Of a DNA stretch of 64,000 bases, positions 41,206-54,700 are shown piece by piece. The DNA comes from Nageia nagi (lineage: Eukaryota; Plantae; Pinophyta), in contig JBITNC010000001.1 in NCBI GenBank assembly GCA_050084985.1, forward strand, positions 168,454,001-168,518,000. Reading direction: 5' to 3'. The notes beneath the pieces are model-generated. The model was not told where the DNA came from and ran no database searches. It worked only from the letters and a program-made list of their open reading frames with translations. Made by a program: the position numbers and the translations under genes. Within the stretch, counting starts at the first letter, position 1; each line of letters starts with the position of its first letter.

Positions 41206-43422
41206 GATACTTAAAATGTTGAAATGGCTTCGAACTGTTCTCTAATGTTCCATTGCTCTCTAGGTGCTCAACGAATGCTTCCAGTGCCAAAATGGATTCC
41301 CTGAAGTGCCACGAAGTTTTCCAAGCTCTTCTTATTATCCAACGAATGCCATCTTGACTCTTGTTTCCAGATGAACTTCCGTGGATGTGTCTTGAAGATC
41401 TTCAAGCTTTTTAGAAGCCCGTCGTTTGCCTCAAGTCTTTTAGATTCAATTTTGCCTCTCAAAAATTCTATGCTTCTTCTCTACTACCCATGTTTGGCTT
41501 TATGGGATTTTGTAGTGGCTCGATCGTGCTTTTTACATTTGCATCATGTTTTCCCACAAAATATCAAATTTTTAGCACAATAAAACATGTAATTCCAAAA
41601 ATAACACCTTATAACTTGTCAAATTAAACTAATAAAATTCCTTATAACTCCTAAAAATAAAATAGGAAATATTTTTGTATTTTTTTCTCAAATATTTTCT
41701 CTCTCTTTTTTTTTTTTTAATTTCCCTTATTTCTTCTAAAAAATCAAATAAAATATTTGTCTTTTTCTTCTTATTACTCCTAGAAAATAAATAAAAATGC
41801 TAATGACTCAAACCTTGATTTAATTTCTTTCATGGTGGAATGAATTGATCAAATCTTAGATTTGTGGGTTATGGGCCCCAAAAACAAATTCTGAATCAAC
41901 CTATGCCTCCTTTCAAGCTCAACGTTTACGCACAACCCAGATATGATGCATAATTAATTCCAAACTTCAGCAATATGACAAGATCTTAGACGTCTAACCT
42001 CAAATGGGTGAATATTTGCAGACTCAACAAATTGAGCCTCCTATACTCCCAATGTCTCCCTTCTAGCTACCAAATTCTAGAAATACTAGCAAACTTGCTC
42101 CAATGTCTCCCTCTAAGCCTCCATAGTGTAGATACCACAGTGAAAACTTGTCAATGTTAGCAAATTGACTCTCCTTTTGTCCAACATCCTCCTTGCAGTG
42201 ACTCCAAACTCAAAATTTCTCAGCAAATTCTAGCCAGAATGTCCAACAATAGTGCAAAAACTCTCAATTCTCGAACTCCATGATAAAACTTTGACAAGAC
42301 TTGCAATTAGATGTCATTGTGATGTAGAAGCTGCTCCAAATTGGCCTCAACAAGCCAACGTGTCCTCCAAAATGTTTTCAGAATGCAGCAAAGTTCAGGG
42401 AAACTCCTCTAAAATACCAACGTATGGCTTAAAATGAACTCATAATGCCAAACAAACCTCAGGACACACCTTATAATACCACATCTACCTTAGAATGGCT
42501 TTAAAATGTAGATCTATCCTTCAAAATACCTTCAGAATGCCAACATCTCGCTCAAGGTGCTCTCAAAATGTAGAATGGACCTCCAATCTTGTCCCAATAT
42601 TCCAATGTCCACCTCAAAATGGCAAAAGTTTTCAGCCCAAACGAACCACCTCTTAGCTCTTCAAACCTCCAATGACCAATCTAAGCAAACCTACCTCAAA
42701 CTTAATGAAAAAGATGCAATTTTTTTGAAAAATGTACCTTATCAAGTCAGACGATTCACTTGAGAGCCCTCAAATTTGAAAATGTGGTCAGAATAGGTCC
42801 AACATATTGCTAGAAGAGTCTGATCTATCTCCTAGACCTCCGATGTCTCACTCCCAGTGTCCAGTCCTAACAAATTCACCTCCAAAACCTCAACGTCTAT
42901 CTTCCAGTGATAGAATTCTCCAGATCTCAACAATTTTTCGAAACTACCACTGTGAGTTCAAGTTCATTCTGCTATGACACTAGCTTCTAGATCTTCCAAT
43001 AGGATGACAAGATCTCTTCAGCAACTTCGCCAATTTCCTACAAGTCTAAGCTCAACAAAATGGTCAGATCCAACACAACAATTTGTCCTTCTTACTCGAT
43101 AGAAAAGGGCAAGATCTCCTTAGCAAGTGTTACCACTGTGAATTGGTATGACTATGATCTTCGGATCCTTCAGAATCCTCCTTAGCCTTTCTTACCAACA
43201 AGATGACAAGAATCTCTCCCCAACTCAACTCAGAATCCTTCGTGTGTGATGCCCTTCATTCTAGTAGAATGGAAAAATCAAGGCTCTGATAACATTGTGA
43301 TGATCCCAAACTGGCGGATCATACTCAAACGTGTCCTAGGAGAGGGATGTTTGCCTTGAAGCTCCAAATCTAGCCGAGAAAGCTCAAAACAATACAAACA
43401 CACCAACGTCTAGCTAGGAATG

Positions 43423-44379
43423 TATAATGTACCTTTCTAGGGTTTATCCAATTTAGCATTCAATTCCACACTTATCCACAAATTAGGGCATCAATGAACA
43501 TGCTCAATAACCATCCAAAGCATGCGCTCAAATTGAAATATAACAACAGTGGCTAAAGCTCATAGAAAACTAGATCACAAATTTGATCTGTAACATAACA
43601 GAAATATAGCTCCAATAGTACTCAATGCGCATACATTCCCATGTATAAAGAAGATAGACGCATAGCAAAAATATATAGCAACATTCATTCACATTCGAGA
43701 CGTAATATGAGAGCCAATATCATCAATATTGAACCAAGAATAAGTATAGGGCTGTAACAAGTTCTAGGGTAAAGCCCAAGACTCCAAAATGCTCAAACTA
43801 GATGCCTCAAGGTTGGTGCATGTCCCAAGGAGATTCCCAAGCTAGGCATAAGTCGCAAGATGTCTCTTAATGGCTGGCAGAAGCTCCCAAATAGCAAGAA
43901 TGATTGGCGCAAACTCTCTAAGAGATGTAGAATTGTAGATGAGCCACTTCTAGGCTAGGGAGAAGCCCTAAAAGGTAGAGAAAGGAAGCATCCCTAATCT
44001 CCAAATGATCAAAGATTGAATGCACAACATGATGTTTTCAAATGACCAAATGCCTTGCCTTTATAGCATTCTAAACTTGCCAACATGCCCCTAAAAGGCA
44101 ACCAAATAGGTGAGAGTGATAATAAAATATTAAATGTCCCAAAAACCTCCCTAGGTTGGCCGACTTGAGCATGGGTTCATAACTCATCTAAATGGCCCAT
44201 TTAATTAACTTAAATAAATACATATTTCACCCTTTTTGTGAGTGCTTGCCTATTAGGCACAAATATGAGTATGATAAGGACATAATTGATAAATAAAACA
44301 TTTCTATTCTAAGCACTAAGGATCATAATGACTAAGCATGAGGGGAGACGTCTAGATGTCCCAAATTGGGGACATTACA
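43423..44379 (-). mobile_element. Solo LTR (957 bp) nested in the 5' LTR of the 39059-45775 element
   Basis: Absent from the sister LTR. Ends tataatgt...ggggacattaca. TSD gaatg/aaatg. Confidence 0.88.
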
Positions 44380-45974
44380 AAATGCTAAATCAAATCTTAA
44401 AGAAACCATAAATGATCACAAATACCCAACGTTGCACTTAGGGAGCAAAAACAAGAATTTAACAATGAAATAATCACTCCAGATCCAATGTCCAAGCACA
44501 AGAGAACAATTACAACAAAATGAACGAAAATAATGTAATTGTATTGATAAGCAAAGAAAGTAGCGCAATTACAATATATATTTTTGGTTCCTAAGGAGCT
44601 TACACCAAGGTTACCTCTAATAGGGTTATTTTGGATGGCTTTAGAGCCTCACCAATCGTAGCAATAACAAGGCCCAGCCTAGGGCTTCCCTACTCTGTGA
44701 TGGAACCAACAATGTTCCTCTCCCAAATGGCTGGAGTAAGCTCAAGGCTAGCCTTCTATCACCCTGAGACCTCAAATGCAGATCGTTTTGCAAGTGTTGA
44801 AAAAAGAGTTCTCACACTCAATCTAATAAAAGAGGCTTTAATAATCAATTTAGAATATCTCATAATGTCCACGAGTTCTCCTTTTATAGGTGAGGTATTC
44901 CATCTTCTAATCTTGCATTGAATTGATCTAATGGTGGAGAGATGTGATTTGTGTACTCTTGATGACAACGTCCAAGATGGAGAGCCTTGGGATAAATGAG
45001 ATCACATACAAGTGTCTAGATATGAAGTGCTGGGTTGATGGGGATTCCAATATGCCTCGGAGTCCATGCCATGTGTCCAAATACCCAAGGAGGGTGACAT
45101 GGGGCCTAAGGATGCCCAATCCTCCAACGTTGGGGTGAATTTCTCATTAAATGCCCAATGTCTAGGTATGGGAGCCGTCCAATGCTTTGAGATGCCAAAT
45201 ATCACTATTGGGATGTCATGTCCAATCTTGGAGCTCTTCTAGATGCCTCGAAGTCGTTGTAATCACCTAGGGGGATGCTCTACCTTGAAGAGGGGAGCAT
45301 TAATGACAAGAAGATACTTTAATGCCAATATTACAATCATTAAGACTTAATATGCAACATCCCATTAATGGAGACTAATATTGCATTTACAATCATTAAT
45401 GGCTTTGGTGTCATCATTACACATTATTGGCATAATTACAAATATCCTTAACTACAAATATGGAAACTCTCCTAATTACATACAAATCAAACCTAGATAA
45501 AATAAATAGCTATTGCTCATCCCTAGAGGATGGGCGTCACTCTCAAATGAGAGTAAATCGTGAATTCCCGCACACCAGACTGGTTCGACAGGTGAACTTT
45601 AAAGTGCCATAACTTCTTCGTTTCTTGACCATAATAGGTCATATAACCTGTTAAAATCATTGGCACGAGGTCTTCTTTCCATTCCAAGTGTTGAAATGTC
45701 CATTTCTGGCTTGTAGAAGACAAAATTTCTTTAAAACCAAAAATGAGTGAAACCTTGCGAATTGGGGACATTACACTATTGAAGTTATGTCCTCTCTTTT
45801 GCGAAACTAGGGTCCTCAAAATCTGCAAAACTTTAAGGGGTGTGTTGTGCGGGCAGAACACGCCCCTTGGATAGTACTATTTAGGAAGCATGCAAGCATA
45901 GGTTGACATGGTGATGCCTAGTTTTGCACATAGTTACCAATGTTTCCTAGTCCAAGAGACAGTTCCACATTACT

Positions 45975-46332
45975 AGCTTTCTTTTTACTACAAATTATCC
46001 CCTAACCTTGGATGTTGGGAGAGACCCTTGGGAGACATCATTTAATTCTTCCAATTCAAGACACTCTTTGTTGGTGGTGATCGGATCTTCCATCGGCCCC
46101 ACCATAGTAGTAGATGATCACATTCCCACTACATTGAGCTAATGACATGTAGGCTTTCTTTTTACTACAAATATTCCCCTAACCTTGGATGTTGGGAGAG
46201 ACCCTTGGGAGACATCATTTAATTCTTCCAATTCAAGACACTCTTTGTTGGTGGTGATCAGATCTTCCATCGGCCCCATCATAGTAGTAGATGATGACAT
46301 TCCCACTACATTGAGCTAATGACATATAGGCT
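45975..46332. repeat. Near-perfect ~177 bp tandem duplication
   Basis: gctttctttttactacaaat...cattgagctaatgacat.taggct, twice. Confidence 0.93.
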
Positions 46333-47879
46333 TGTGCTTAATTGCTAGATATTGTTTGGCCTTCTTTTTGTCATTCTACTCTAGTTTGTATAGTTATATT
46401 GCACTTATATCAGTCCCAAGAGCCTTCAACCCTAGCGCTTTGTCTTTTCCACTGGATTGTACTATTAAATCCCATTGACCAGACCATTTTTTGGTCATAT
46501 GTGGACATTAATATATTTTCTATTCACACAAATGCATAGTTGAATTATCTCCAAATAGATTGGAGCATCCCATGGATTCTAAAGTGTCCTCCATAAGCAT
46601 AGGAATGTCCTCTCTCTAGGAAAGAGCTTAGTTTTCACTACTTGCTCAAACGGATTCAACTTATACTACATACTATATTCAAGATTCTAATATAATATAA
46701 ACACCTAGTTTTTTTATTTGGTTGGAGAAGTGGTTTTGAAAGTTTAATGTCCCGAATTTTGGTGTCTCACTCATTTTTTCATTATGATGATTTAATTGGG
46801 CCACTTGGAGTGGTATGTTCCTCTTCTTTGTGATTTTTAGTAATTAGGAGTGTTTTTTATACTTTTCACATTGCCACATGCCTTTGACATATTTTTGACT
46901 TTGTCACATTCCCTTTGATGTAATGATTTGTAACTTGTACACCCAAAATCTTTAAATGATGTAAGAACTTCAACATTGGATAGATCTCATCGAGTACATA
47001 TGAAACGAGTGGTCACACGACCCCCTTTGGATCTGAATCAAGCTCTGAGATGGGTCGACCATGATGATGATGTTTTTATCCCCAAGGAAGTCGGCTATAT
47101 CATGATGTAGCACATTTTCATGTATAAAAAGGAAGAGAAGCACACCATTTAAGGACATGCTTGGAGAACTTCGATCTTTGATCTTTCGAGTTATGGTTGT
47201 GCCCTTCTCACCCTTCTAAGGTCTAGGGATGTGCCCAAAGCCTTAGAAGTTGCATTGGAGCTTCTTGGAGACTTCATCTTTCAGCATTTCAGTGGCTTGG
47301 AGAGGCACTCGCCCGCCTTTGGGGACCCCCATTTTGCATTCTTTGGCTTGGTAACCCTCCTTGAGGGGAGCAGCCAAACCTTGGCATCTGGTTTGGCACA
47401 TTTTGTTACATTTTTGAGCATCTTGGATGCCCTAGAGTACATCGCCACTTTCAAATATTTTATTTAATGATATTTGCTTGGTTGGAGATCATTTTTGCAT
47501 ACTTCGAGTAATGTTTTTTGCTGCAAGAGGGGGTGTCCAGCTTTGGGCATTTTTCCTTGTGCATGTGATGGTTGATTTGTGTTGTTTGAATGATGATCTG
47601 TTCATTACCATTTTCAGAATAATTTTATGAGCATTGTGTGATAAGTTCATACTATTTTGAGGGTTTTGGTGTTTGATTTATGAATAAAATTGCAGATCTG
47701 ATTGTGCATTGTAAAATTTAATTTTTTGTTGGCTAAAGTTGCTAAAATTCTGATTGAGGACATTACAATGGTATCAAAGCTGGTTTCCTACTAGCTTGTT
47801 GGATGAATAATTCAGCTATATACCTAGGGTTTGTGGTGAGATCTAGGGTTTTTGGAGATTTGGTTTCTAGTTGTAGGTC

Positions 47880-48566
47880 ATGGCACCATTGGGAGAAGAA
47901 GAGTTGGTTGAAAAACTTGCTAATACAGGAGGTAAACTTGGAATTATATTTCAGCCAAAAGATGCTCTCCTCTACACATTGTGGGAAGTAGAAGATTGTT
48001 TGAACATGATGGATCCGTCACCTTCTTAGATGTTACAAGCAAGTATGATTGAGGTGGTAAAGTCTTTGGGCAAGCTTAGATGGTTGAGACACAAATATAG
48101 AGGTAAGAATCATGGTTACTTCTTGTTTGAGTGAGATCTTGAGAATTTCAATACCAAAAGCTCTTTATGATGATAACACATTGAAAACTATAATTGGGAT
48201 GTTGGTTGATAGTTTCGAAAGTTTGGGAGATGTCACAAGTTTTCATTTTTCTAGGAGAGTCGCCATACTTGAATTTTTGGCAAAAATTAGAATGGGCAAC
48301 ATCATGTTAGATTTGGACATGGACGAGTTGATTTACGAAATGTTTCATCATTTCATTGCTTCAACTAGAGAAGAACATGCTAATAATGTTATTGCAACCA
48401 TGAGAGACATTATGATTTTGATCATAAATGAAAGTGATTATATTTATCAGCCACTCTTATCTATATTATTGGACCTTCAGAGGAAGACTTGGTTGCTTCT
48501 ACTGTTGCACATGATTTGGTTAACAATCTTGTTAAACAATGTGAGAAAACGTTGAGACCTTTCTTA
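47880..48566 (+). pseudogene. PDS5: Intronless copy of the N-terminal HEAT-repeat region of sister chromatid cohesion protein PDS5
   Basis: MAPLGEEELVEKLANTGGKL...KDALLYTLWEVEDCLNMMDPSPS*MLQASM...LRHK/EVRIMVTSCLSEILRISIPKALYDDNTLK...SRRVAILEFLAKIRMGNIMLDLDMDELIYEMFHHF...MRDIMILIINES...LLSILL/AHDLVNNLVKQCEKTLRPFL. This follows the plant PDS5 pattern (VASCxSEIxRIxAPxAPYxD, RxxILExxAKxRxCVVMLDLxCDxLxxEMFxxF, MxxIMxLxxxES, CxxKLxPxL). One stop at 48027 and two frameshifts. Confidence 0.9.
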
Positions 48567-48969
48567 GACAATGAGGAGATTAGGGAAAAAGTGCAGATAA
48601 TAGCAAAAAATTCACATGAAGAAAATACCCTAACTCAAGGGGGATGCATGGCAGAATTCCAAGATGAGTCTTTTGTGACTTATACAACTCACCCCAAAAT
48701 CTCACGATTTTGGGGATCCACTGCAACTCAAGTCTGTGCAACATCACCTTTTGTCTTGTGTCTTCCTGACTCCACCTAATTGGGAATCTTGTTTATCACC
48801 CCTAAGCTTAAGTTTTGTCAAGTCACTCGATCCTAGTCATGCTAGAATAAAAGCCAAAATTTTCCAAAAAATGTTTAAGTATGGAATTTCAAGTCTAGTC
48901 TAGGAGAACCAGGGGAACCCAAATCAAGTCGAATTCGAGTCAAGTGAGTCTTGGCCACTCCTAGGCCCA

Positions 48970-51230
48970 ACACATGCCTCAAAAAGACAAAATCTTATCT
49001 TTCTAGGATGTGCTCTCGAATTTAGGAGTTGTCCAAATTAGAATCCAAGTAAGGAAAAACAAACTTTGCCACTTCCAGGCCCAACGCATACCTCAAAAAG
49101 ACAAAATCTTATCTTTCTGGGATGTGCGCTCGGGTTGGGGAGGTGCTCGGGTCGGAATGAAAGGTGAAGAAGTCAACATTGAGGCATTTCAAGTCAGACG
49201 CATGCCTCAGAAAGACAGAATATTGTCTTTTGGGAGCATGCGCTCAAGCTAGGAGGCTGTCCAAGTCGAGTTTGAGGTCGATAAAATGAAGTCCATCTAC
49301 CCAAGAGGCAAGCACAACCCTCAAAAAGACAAAATCTTGTCTTTTGGGGGCATGTGCTTGTGAGGATCAAAGTAACCCTCAATAAAAAACGGACAATGCT
49401 AGGGTTTTTGTAACCCTTAAACACCCAACGATTGCCCTCTAGGGCACACAAACACCTCAACACTCCAACGTGGGCCTCCTAGGCTTCTCGAACAACACAC
49501 AACACCAAACAAGGATCACACAATGCTGACATCAGGCCCTAGGGCTTCTCCAACACCCTACAAACCCTACGAATACCTTACAACAACAATGAACAACACA
49601 AGAATGCCAACGATGGGTATACACAACAATATGATACTAGTATGATGCTTCCAACACCAATATATCAAACACATGGAACATACAATGGAACAACACAACA
49701 ATGTGGGACAAATTGAGTTGTCTTTTATTATGAGACAATGAATAGACAATGGAGGTACACCAATAGATCTAGGGTTCCAAACCCTCAACAAGCTGAATAC
49801 ATAATAGGATTAGATTGACTTCCTCAGCAATCCGAATCCACTCTTATGAAGGAGTCTCCTCAAATCTTGGCAACCACTAAAGGTAGAAGCTCGTCCTCGG
49901 AATTCCATCGGATGCGCTAGGTGACCCACCTAAGCTGTAGAATGTCAGGCTCCCAACCCTGCCACTCTTCTAGACGTTGTCTAGGAATAGTTGCTCAGCA
50001 TCGCTAAGATTTTGTTGCCCGATCGGGTCTGGTATAGAAAGTATATGATAAGTGTTAACCTCATAATGGAGCTCCATCCCCTATATATAGTCTCTCATGT
50101 CATGAGCCATGCCTCGTTATCACCCCAAGCCTTTTCTAATCCAACATTGGGGTCAACAAGTCAATAGTGCCAACGTGGGGGTCATATTGGCCCAGTATGC
50201 CAATGTGGGGGTCCCATTGGCCCAATATGCCAACATGGGGTCATTAAGGCCCTCAAGGTTGACGTGGGGTCCAAACACCTCCTGGGTTGACGTGGGGGTT
50301 TGTAAGGTCTCCTGAGCCAACGTGGGTATGTGGGGTCCTCCCAACGCTGGCACGCTCCTCTGTGCACCTAGAACATACATGACAAATATCTACCTAGGGA
50401 TTCCCACGATCTGGGATCACCCTTGAACTACACACGAAACATTGGGATTCCCACAATCCGGGATAACCCATTACATTACACAACATCACTATTTAAGGAG
50501 AGAGGTCCCATTGCTGGGCTCACAGTGGGATCCGTAGACCATAAGCTCCTGCTTGAGTTACACAATCATAGCATGAACATGAACACATACTAGAATACAA
50601 AGTGGCCATGATATAATTTATCATTGACCCAAATGGGACGTCACAGTGCTCAAGGTAGAGAGGCATCTAGTTTGATCGAAAGGTGAAATTTGGCTAAGGC
50701 ATGGAGCCTTAAGGCTAGTATCCAGCTTCAACATGACCAGATGGGCAGGTACATGATTTAAAAAGACAAAATCTTGACTTCCTAAGGCATGCGCTTGACC
50801 AGGGAGACATCAAGATGGGAAAAAATGGAAAATTGACTAAGTTCTGAGAGCAGAAGGCCAAAACTCAATCAATCTGGGCATTTTCAACCCAATGCATGCC
50901 TCAAAAAGACAAAATCTTGTCTTTTTGGGAGATGCACTCAAATTGGGAGAGCTGGAGAGTTGGGTGCACGTTTTGAAAAGACAAAATCTTTTTTTTTTGA
51001 AACATGCACCTAGACTGGGGGGTGTCATGGTTGAGTACATTGAGCAAATTTGACAAGTTGGGACACCAGAAAGGGCAAAATTGGACAAGTTCAGATCTCA
51101 TCATGAGCATGAAGGGTCAAGATAGATGAGTGGGAGAGCCAAAAACACCTGCATGCAAAGAGCATGCATCCTCAAGCTGAGCACATGCTCCAGAAAGACA
51201 AAATCTTGTCTTTTCTTGGCATGCGCTTGT
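48970..51230. repeat. Eight copies of the palindrome AAAAGACAAAATCTTGTCTTTT with GCATG-type flanks, the first four at an exact 114 bp period
   Basis: Copies at 48981, 49095, 49209, 49323, 50760, 50903, ~50976 and 51192. Confidence 0.9.
49359..50645 (-). mobile_element. Solo LTR (1287 bp)
   Basis: tgtgaggatc...gggacgtcaca with a perfect TSD GTGCT (49354-49358 and 50646-50650). Confidence 0.92.
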
Positions 51231-51787
51231 CCTTGCAGGGCCCTATACCCCCCATGCCTGGTTTCTAGCAGCCAGGCATGAAAGTTTGAGCATGCACACA
51301 TTTCAAGGCCGACCATCTGGATGACCAAGATGAATTTCTTCTCATGCATGGTCGACTAGGGTTTCTTGGAGACCATATTTGCCTATACATACAAGCCCGA
51401 AGGGCTTATTTTCTCAAACTTAAATCATTCTCTTCTTCATCTTTTGTGCCAGATTTGGAGGAAGAAGACAAAATTTGAATTCTCAATCCGTCACATCACT
51501 TTTGCAAGGCTTGTGCAAGGGGTTGGAAGACAAAACAAGACAACATTGGAGTCTTAGCATCCTTGGGATACCAACGCATCACCTCCGAGGCTTTCGTCAT
51601 CCACTTGAGCACCATGACCACTTCCAAAAGCAGTTCGTCCAAGGACTTTGTAAGAGATCTAGAAATGTTGAGGTAGGATTGCATCATTACAATTTGTGAG
51701 AGGCGAGAACCCTTGCCTCAAGGGGTCAAATTCTCTAAAAACAGGTTTGCCACAATTGGAGACACGGACTAGAAAAAGGTAGACCCC

Positions 51788-54700
51788 ATGCACATGAGAG
51801 AGAGGATACATGGTATACAAATCAATGAGCTAGAGCAAGACATTGTATTCTTCTCTGGTCTCTCTAATTGCACCTTCGTCCCATTCATAGCTCCTTTTCC
51901 AGAATTGTGCATAGAAGTCAACCAGCATTGGCAGAAAGGAGAGAGGGTGCTTCGGGAATTCAAAGGGGATGTCATCATGGACTTCAGCCTTGAGGCTATC
52001 AAAAGGGCATTTTAGTGGACAATAGAGGGAAATTTTGAGTATGGTGAAGCGGAGTCACTAACATGTTATTAAGACACTAACAAGGTTGATGCTGCCATCA
52101 GGAATTGGATGCTAGATGAGCATCATGGCCTTAAGAGAAATGCTCTCATCAACGCCCCTCGCTCCAACTTCTACCCCTATGTGGAGTTGATGATTTTGAT
52201 GTTGTCTGGAATCCTTGGAAAAGAAGATGCATCAAAATTTAGAAAGGAATTCTTTGTCTTCATCATGGAGATAGCTAGGGGAAAGAAAAATTCAAGTGGA
52301 GCAAGGTGTTGAGTGACACTATCGCAGATCAATTGTCATCTATGGGTACCACATGAAAATTCTTCCTCAACTCTTACTTGGTGTACTTGTTGCTTCATGG
52401 AAAGTATAGGTCTATGACTCAAGGGGAAGCAACATGGGTTTAGAAAGGAATATATGCCGTTTGGAAATGCTACCCCAAATGGAAAGTTGAGAGAAGATGG
52501 AATAGTTTCTTTATGAAAAATGATGGATGGGAGTATGAGATCTACAAGGAGCTTAAAGGAGATATCATAGTGACGAGGATCTCCAACTTAGCCCAAGATG
52601 CCTTGAGAAAACATGGGGACTTCATCCATCATCAACAATATTCCTACATCCAAGTCTATGGATCAGCCATGAGCCATATCAATTGCCTAGGTATGTGAGT
52701 AACATATTGCTCTTGATGGAGATGATGAGGTAGTTGACCTACTAGCATGAGCATGTATGGCATAAGAAATCAGCCACCTCAAATTTGCCGATCATAGTTG
52801 GGGAATACCAGTGCAGAATTTGGGCGGATGTTGATTCCATGAGAGAGGAGTTGGAGAGATTCAATTTCAAGAAGATGCCCGCCGTAAATCACTATGATCC
52901 CAAGCACAAGATTCACGACTTCTACATGAAAGAGAGGAAGAGATCTTATGAACATAAGCCACCTAAAGAAGAGGAGCCTTTTAGGAACATAAGTAATGAG
53001 ATGGATATGAAGAAGATCCCTGTCAGGATGCACGAAGATGCTCAAAAGCAACAACAGATCATTGAGGCTACTATTAACAAGAGGCTGTCACAATCGAGAG
53101 GGAGAAGACCACAAGAATCCACATCTAGAGTCACCCAGTTCCCCTTAACGATTGAGGAGCTTGTTGGCCAGTACACCTCAATGCATGGCAAGAGTCCGGT
53201 TGAGAATGTAGTAGAACCAGTCATAGACACTATAGATGAGCATGACATGAGAGAGCTAGAACATGTGGCAACTGATAAGATGGTGAGGTGTGTCAAGAAC
53301 AAAGAGAAGGATCCATCACCACCACAAAGACCACCTAGAGGATCGACTTCACGCCCGTCCTAAGTTGTTCCACCATTTGGATTCTCATCCTCTAGCCCCT
53401 TGTATGAACCTGATGACAGTCAAGGAGAAAGACAAGAAGGTGAGCCTGAGAATGAATAGGAAGTGAGCACAACTCCACATGATGATATTCTAGATGCTCA
53501 GGAAGATGATGAGTCCTTGAAAAGTTTGAAGGTAGTCCAAAAGCCTACTTCTTCGGAGCCTTCAACTTCTCAAAAGAAAGAGAAAGGTCCAACTTTTGAA
53601 TCAATACAAAGGAGAGCACAATTGAAGAGGACATCTCGATCTCGGTCGTTAGAGTCATTTGAGGAGAACATGCAAGAAGAAGACAAACCTTTGAAAAGGA
53701 CCAAGAGAAACGTCACCAACATTGAAGAGCCAGTTATTGAAACCCACTACCCATCACCCAATGATGAGTGGGACGATATGGATGAGTGCCGTGATGTTTT
53801 TAACATTGATGTCGGGGAGGAGTTTGGAGTTAGTGAGGTCAATGACCAAGTTGGAGAGAGCTCCACTCATCCAGGTAAGAGTCAGACTTTTGTGCATTTG
53901 ACTGACAACGTAGTTCACATCAAGACCATAATTGTTGACAAGGACAACCCACAACATCTTGGAGATCTTAAGTAGATAAATCAGATTATCAACACAGGTC
54001 CCATTGGCATGGTTGGTAGGAAGCACACAATCATATCCAACACGAAGGCAATTGCCAAGGACGAATTGCTAAAGGAAAAAGAGATAAAGAGCCTCAAGAA
54101 GGAGTTGGTTGCCTAGAGGAGATTGACTAGAGAGATTGAGTCTGCAAGAGTACCCCCACAGGAACTTCGAAGGATAAAGACTCTCAAGGAGGCATGATTA
54201 CTGTGAAGCAAGAAGTGATCAATGAGGTTTTGGCAGTGGTGGTGCAGTTTATTGGTGCTTTGCAAAAGGTCTCATTTGAGGAGCAAAAACTAAAGGATAT
54301 TGTGATTGAAAGAGTTAGCCTCCTTAGAATTTTAGAATCTTGAAAACTCATGATAGTGAGGTTTGAGATGACCCAGAACTAAAGGCCCGAGGATGCCATA
54401 TTTTGTGAAGACTATTGGTTCTCCTTGGGTGTGATACATCAAATAGCTATTCGCTTCCAGGAAGTGAAGAAGGAGGTTACTATAATCAATGACAAGACTA
54501 ACACAAGCCTTGAATAGATGGACTTCTAGGTCAAGTTTATAGAGGAAGATACCACCATCAGGGAGGCGGACCTGGTAGTGACAGAAGTTAGACATCTTCT
54601 GCAAAGTTTGCTCATGAGGGAAGATGTTAACACTTATCAGACCAGAAGTCACCTCAAGCATATGTTGAGAGCTCATGCATGGAAGATTGAGATGCAGAGA

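Larger units (their letters stand above)
39059..45775 (-). mobile_element. Structurally complete non-autonomous LTR element (LARD-like): 5' LTR 43296-45775, PBS 43283-43294, PPT ~40585-40600, 3' LTR 39059-40584
   Basis: Both LTRs run tgtgatgatccc...ggggacattaca and align along their length. TSD ctgtt/ctatt. PBS gctctgataaca. No recognisable gag/pol in the 2.7 kb interior. Confidence 0.92.

Noticed and set aside
47769-47780. tRNA genes at TGGTATCA motifs
   Set aside because: These are 12-nt primer-binding sites complementary to the tRNA-Met 3' end, with no cloverleaf.
47880-48566. Functional cellular PDS5 gene
   Set aside because: No introns, N-terminal part only, one stop and two frameshifts, and embedded between a PBS and a 3' LTR.
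48970-51230. CRISPR array (palindromic repeat with regular spacers)
   Set aside because: Plant retroelement context, no cas genes, ~70-90 bp spacers with residual mutual similarity, and degenerate repeats.
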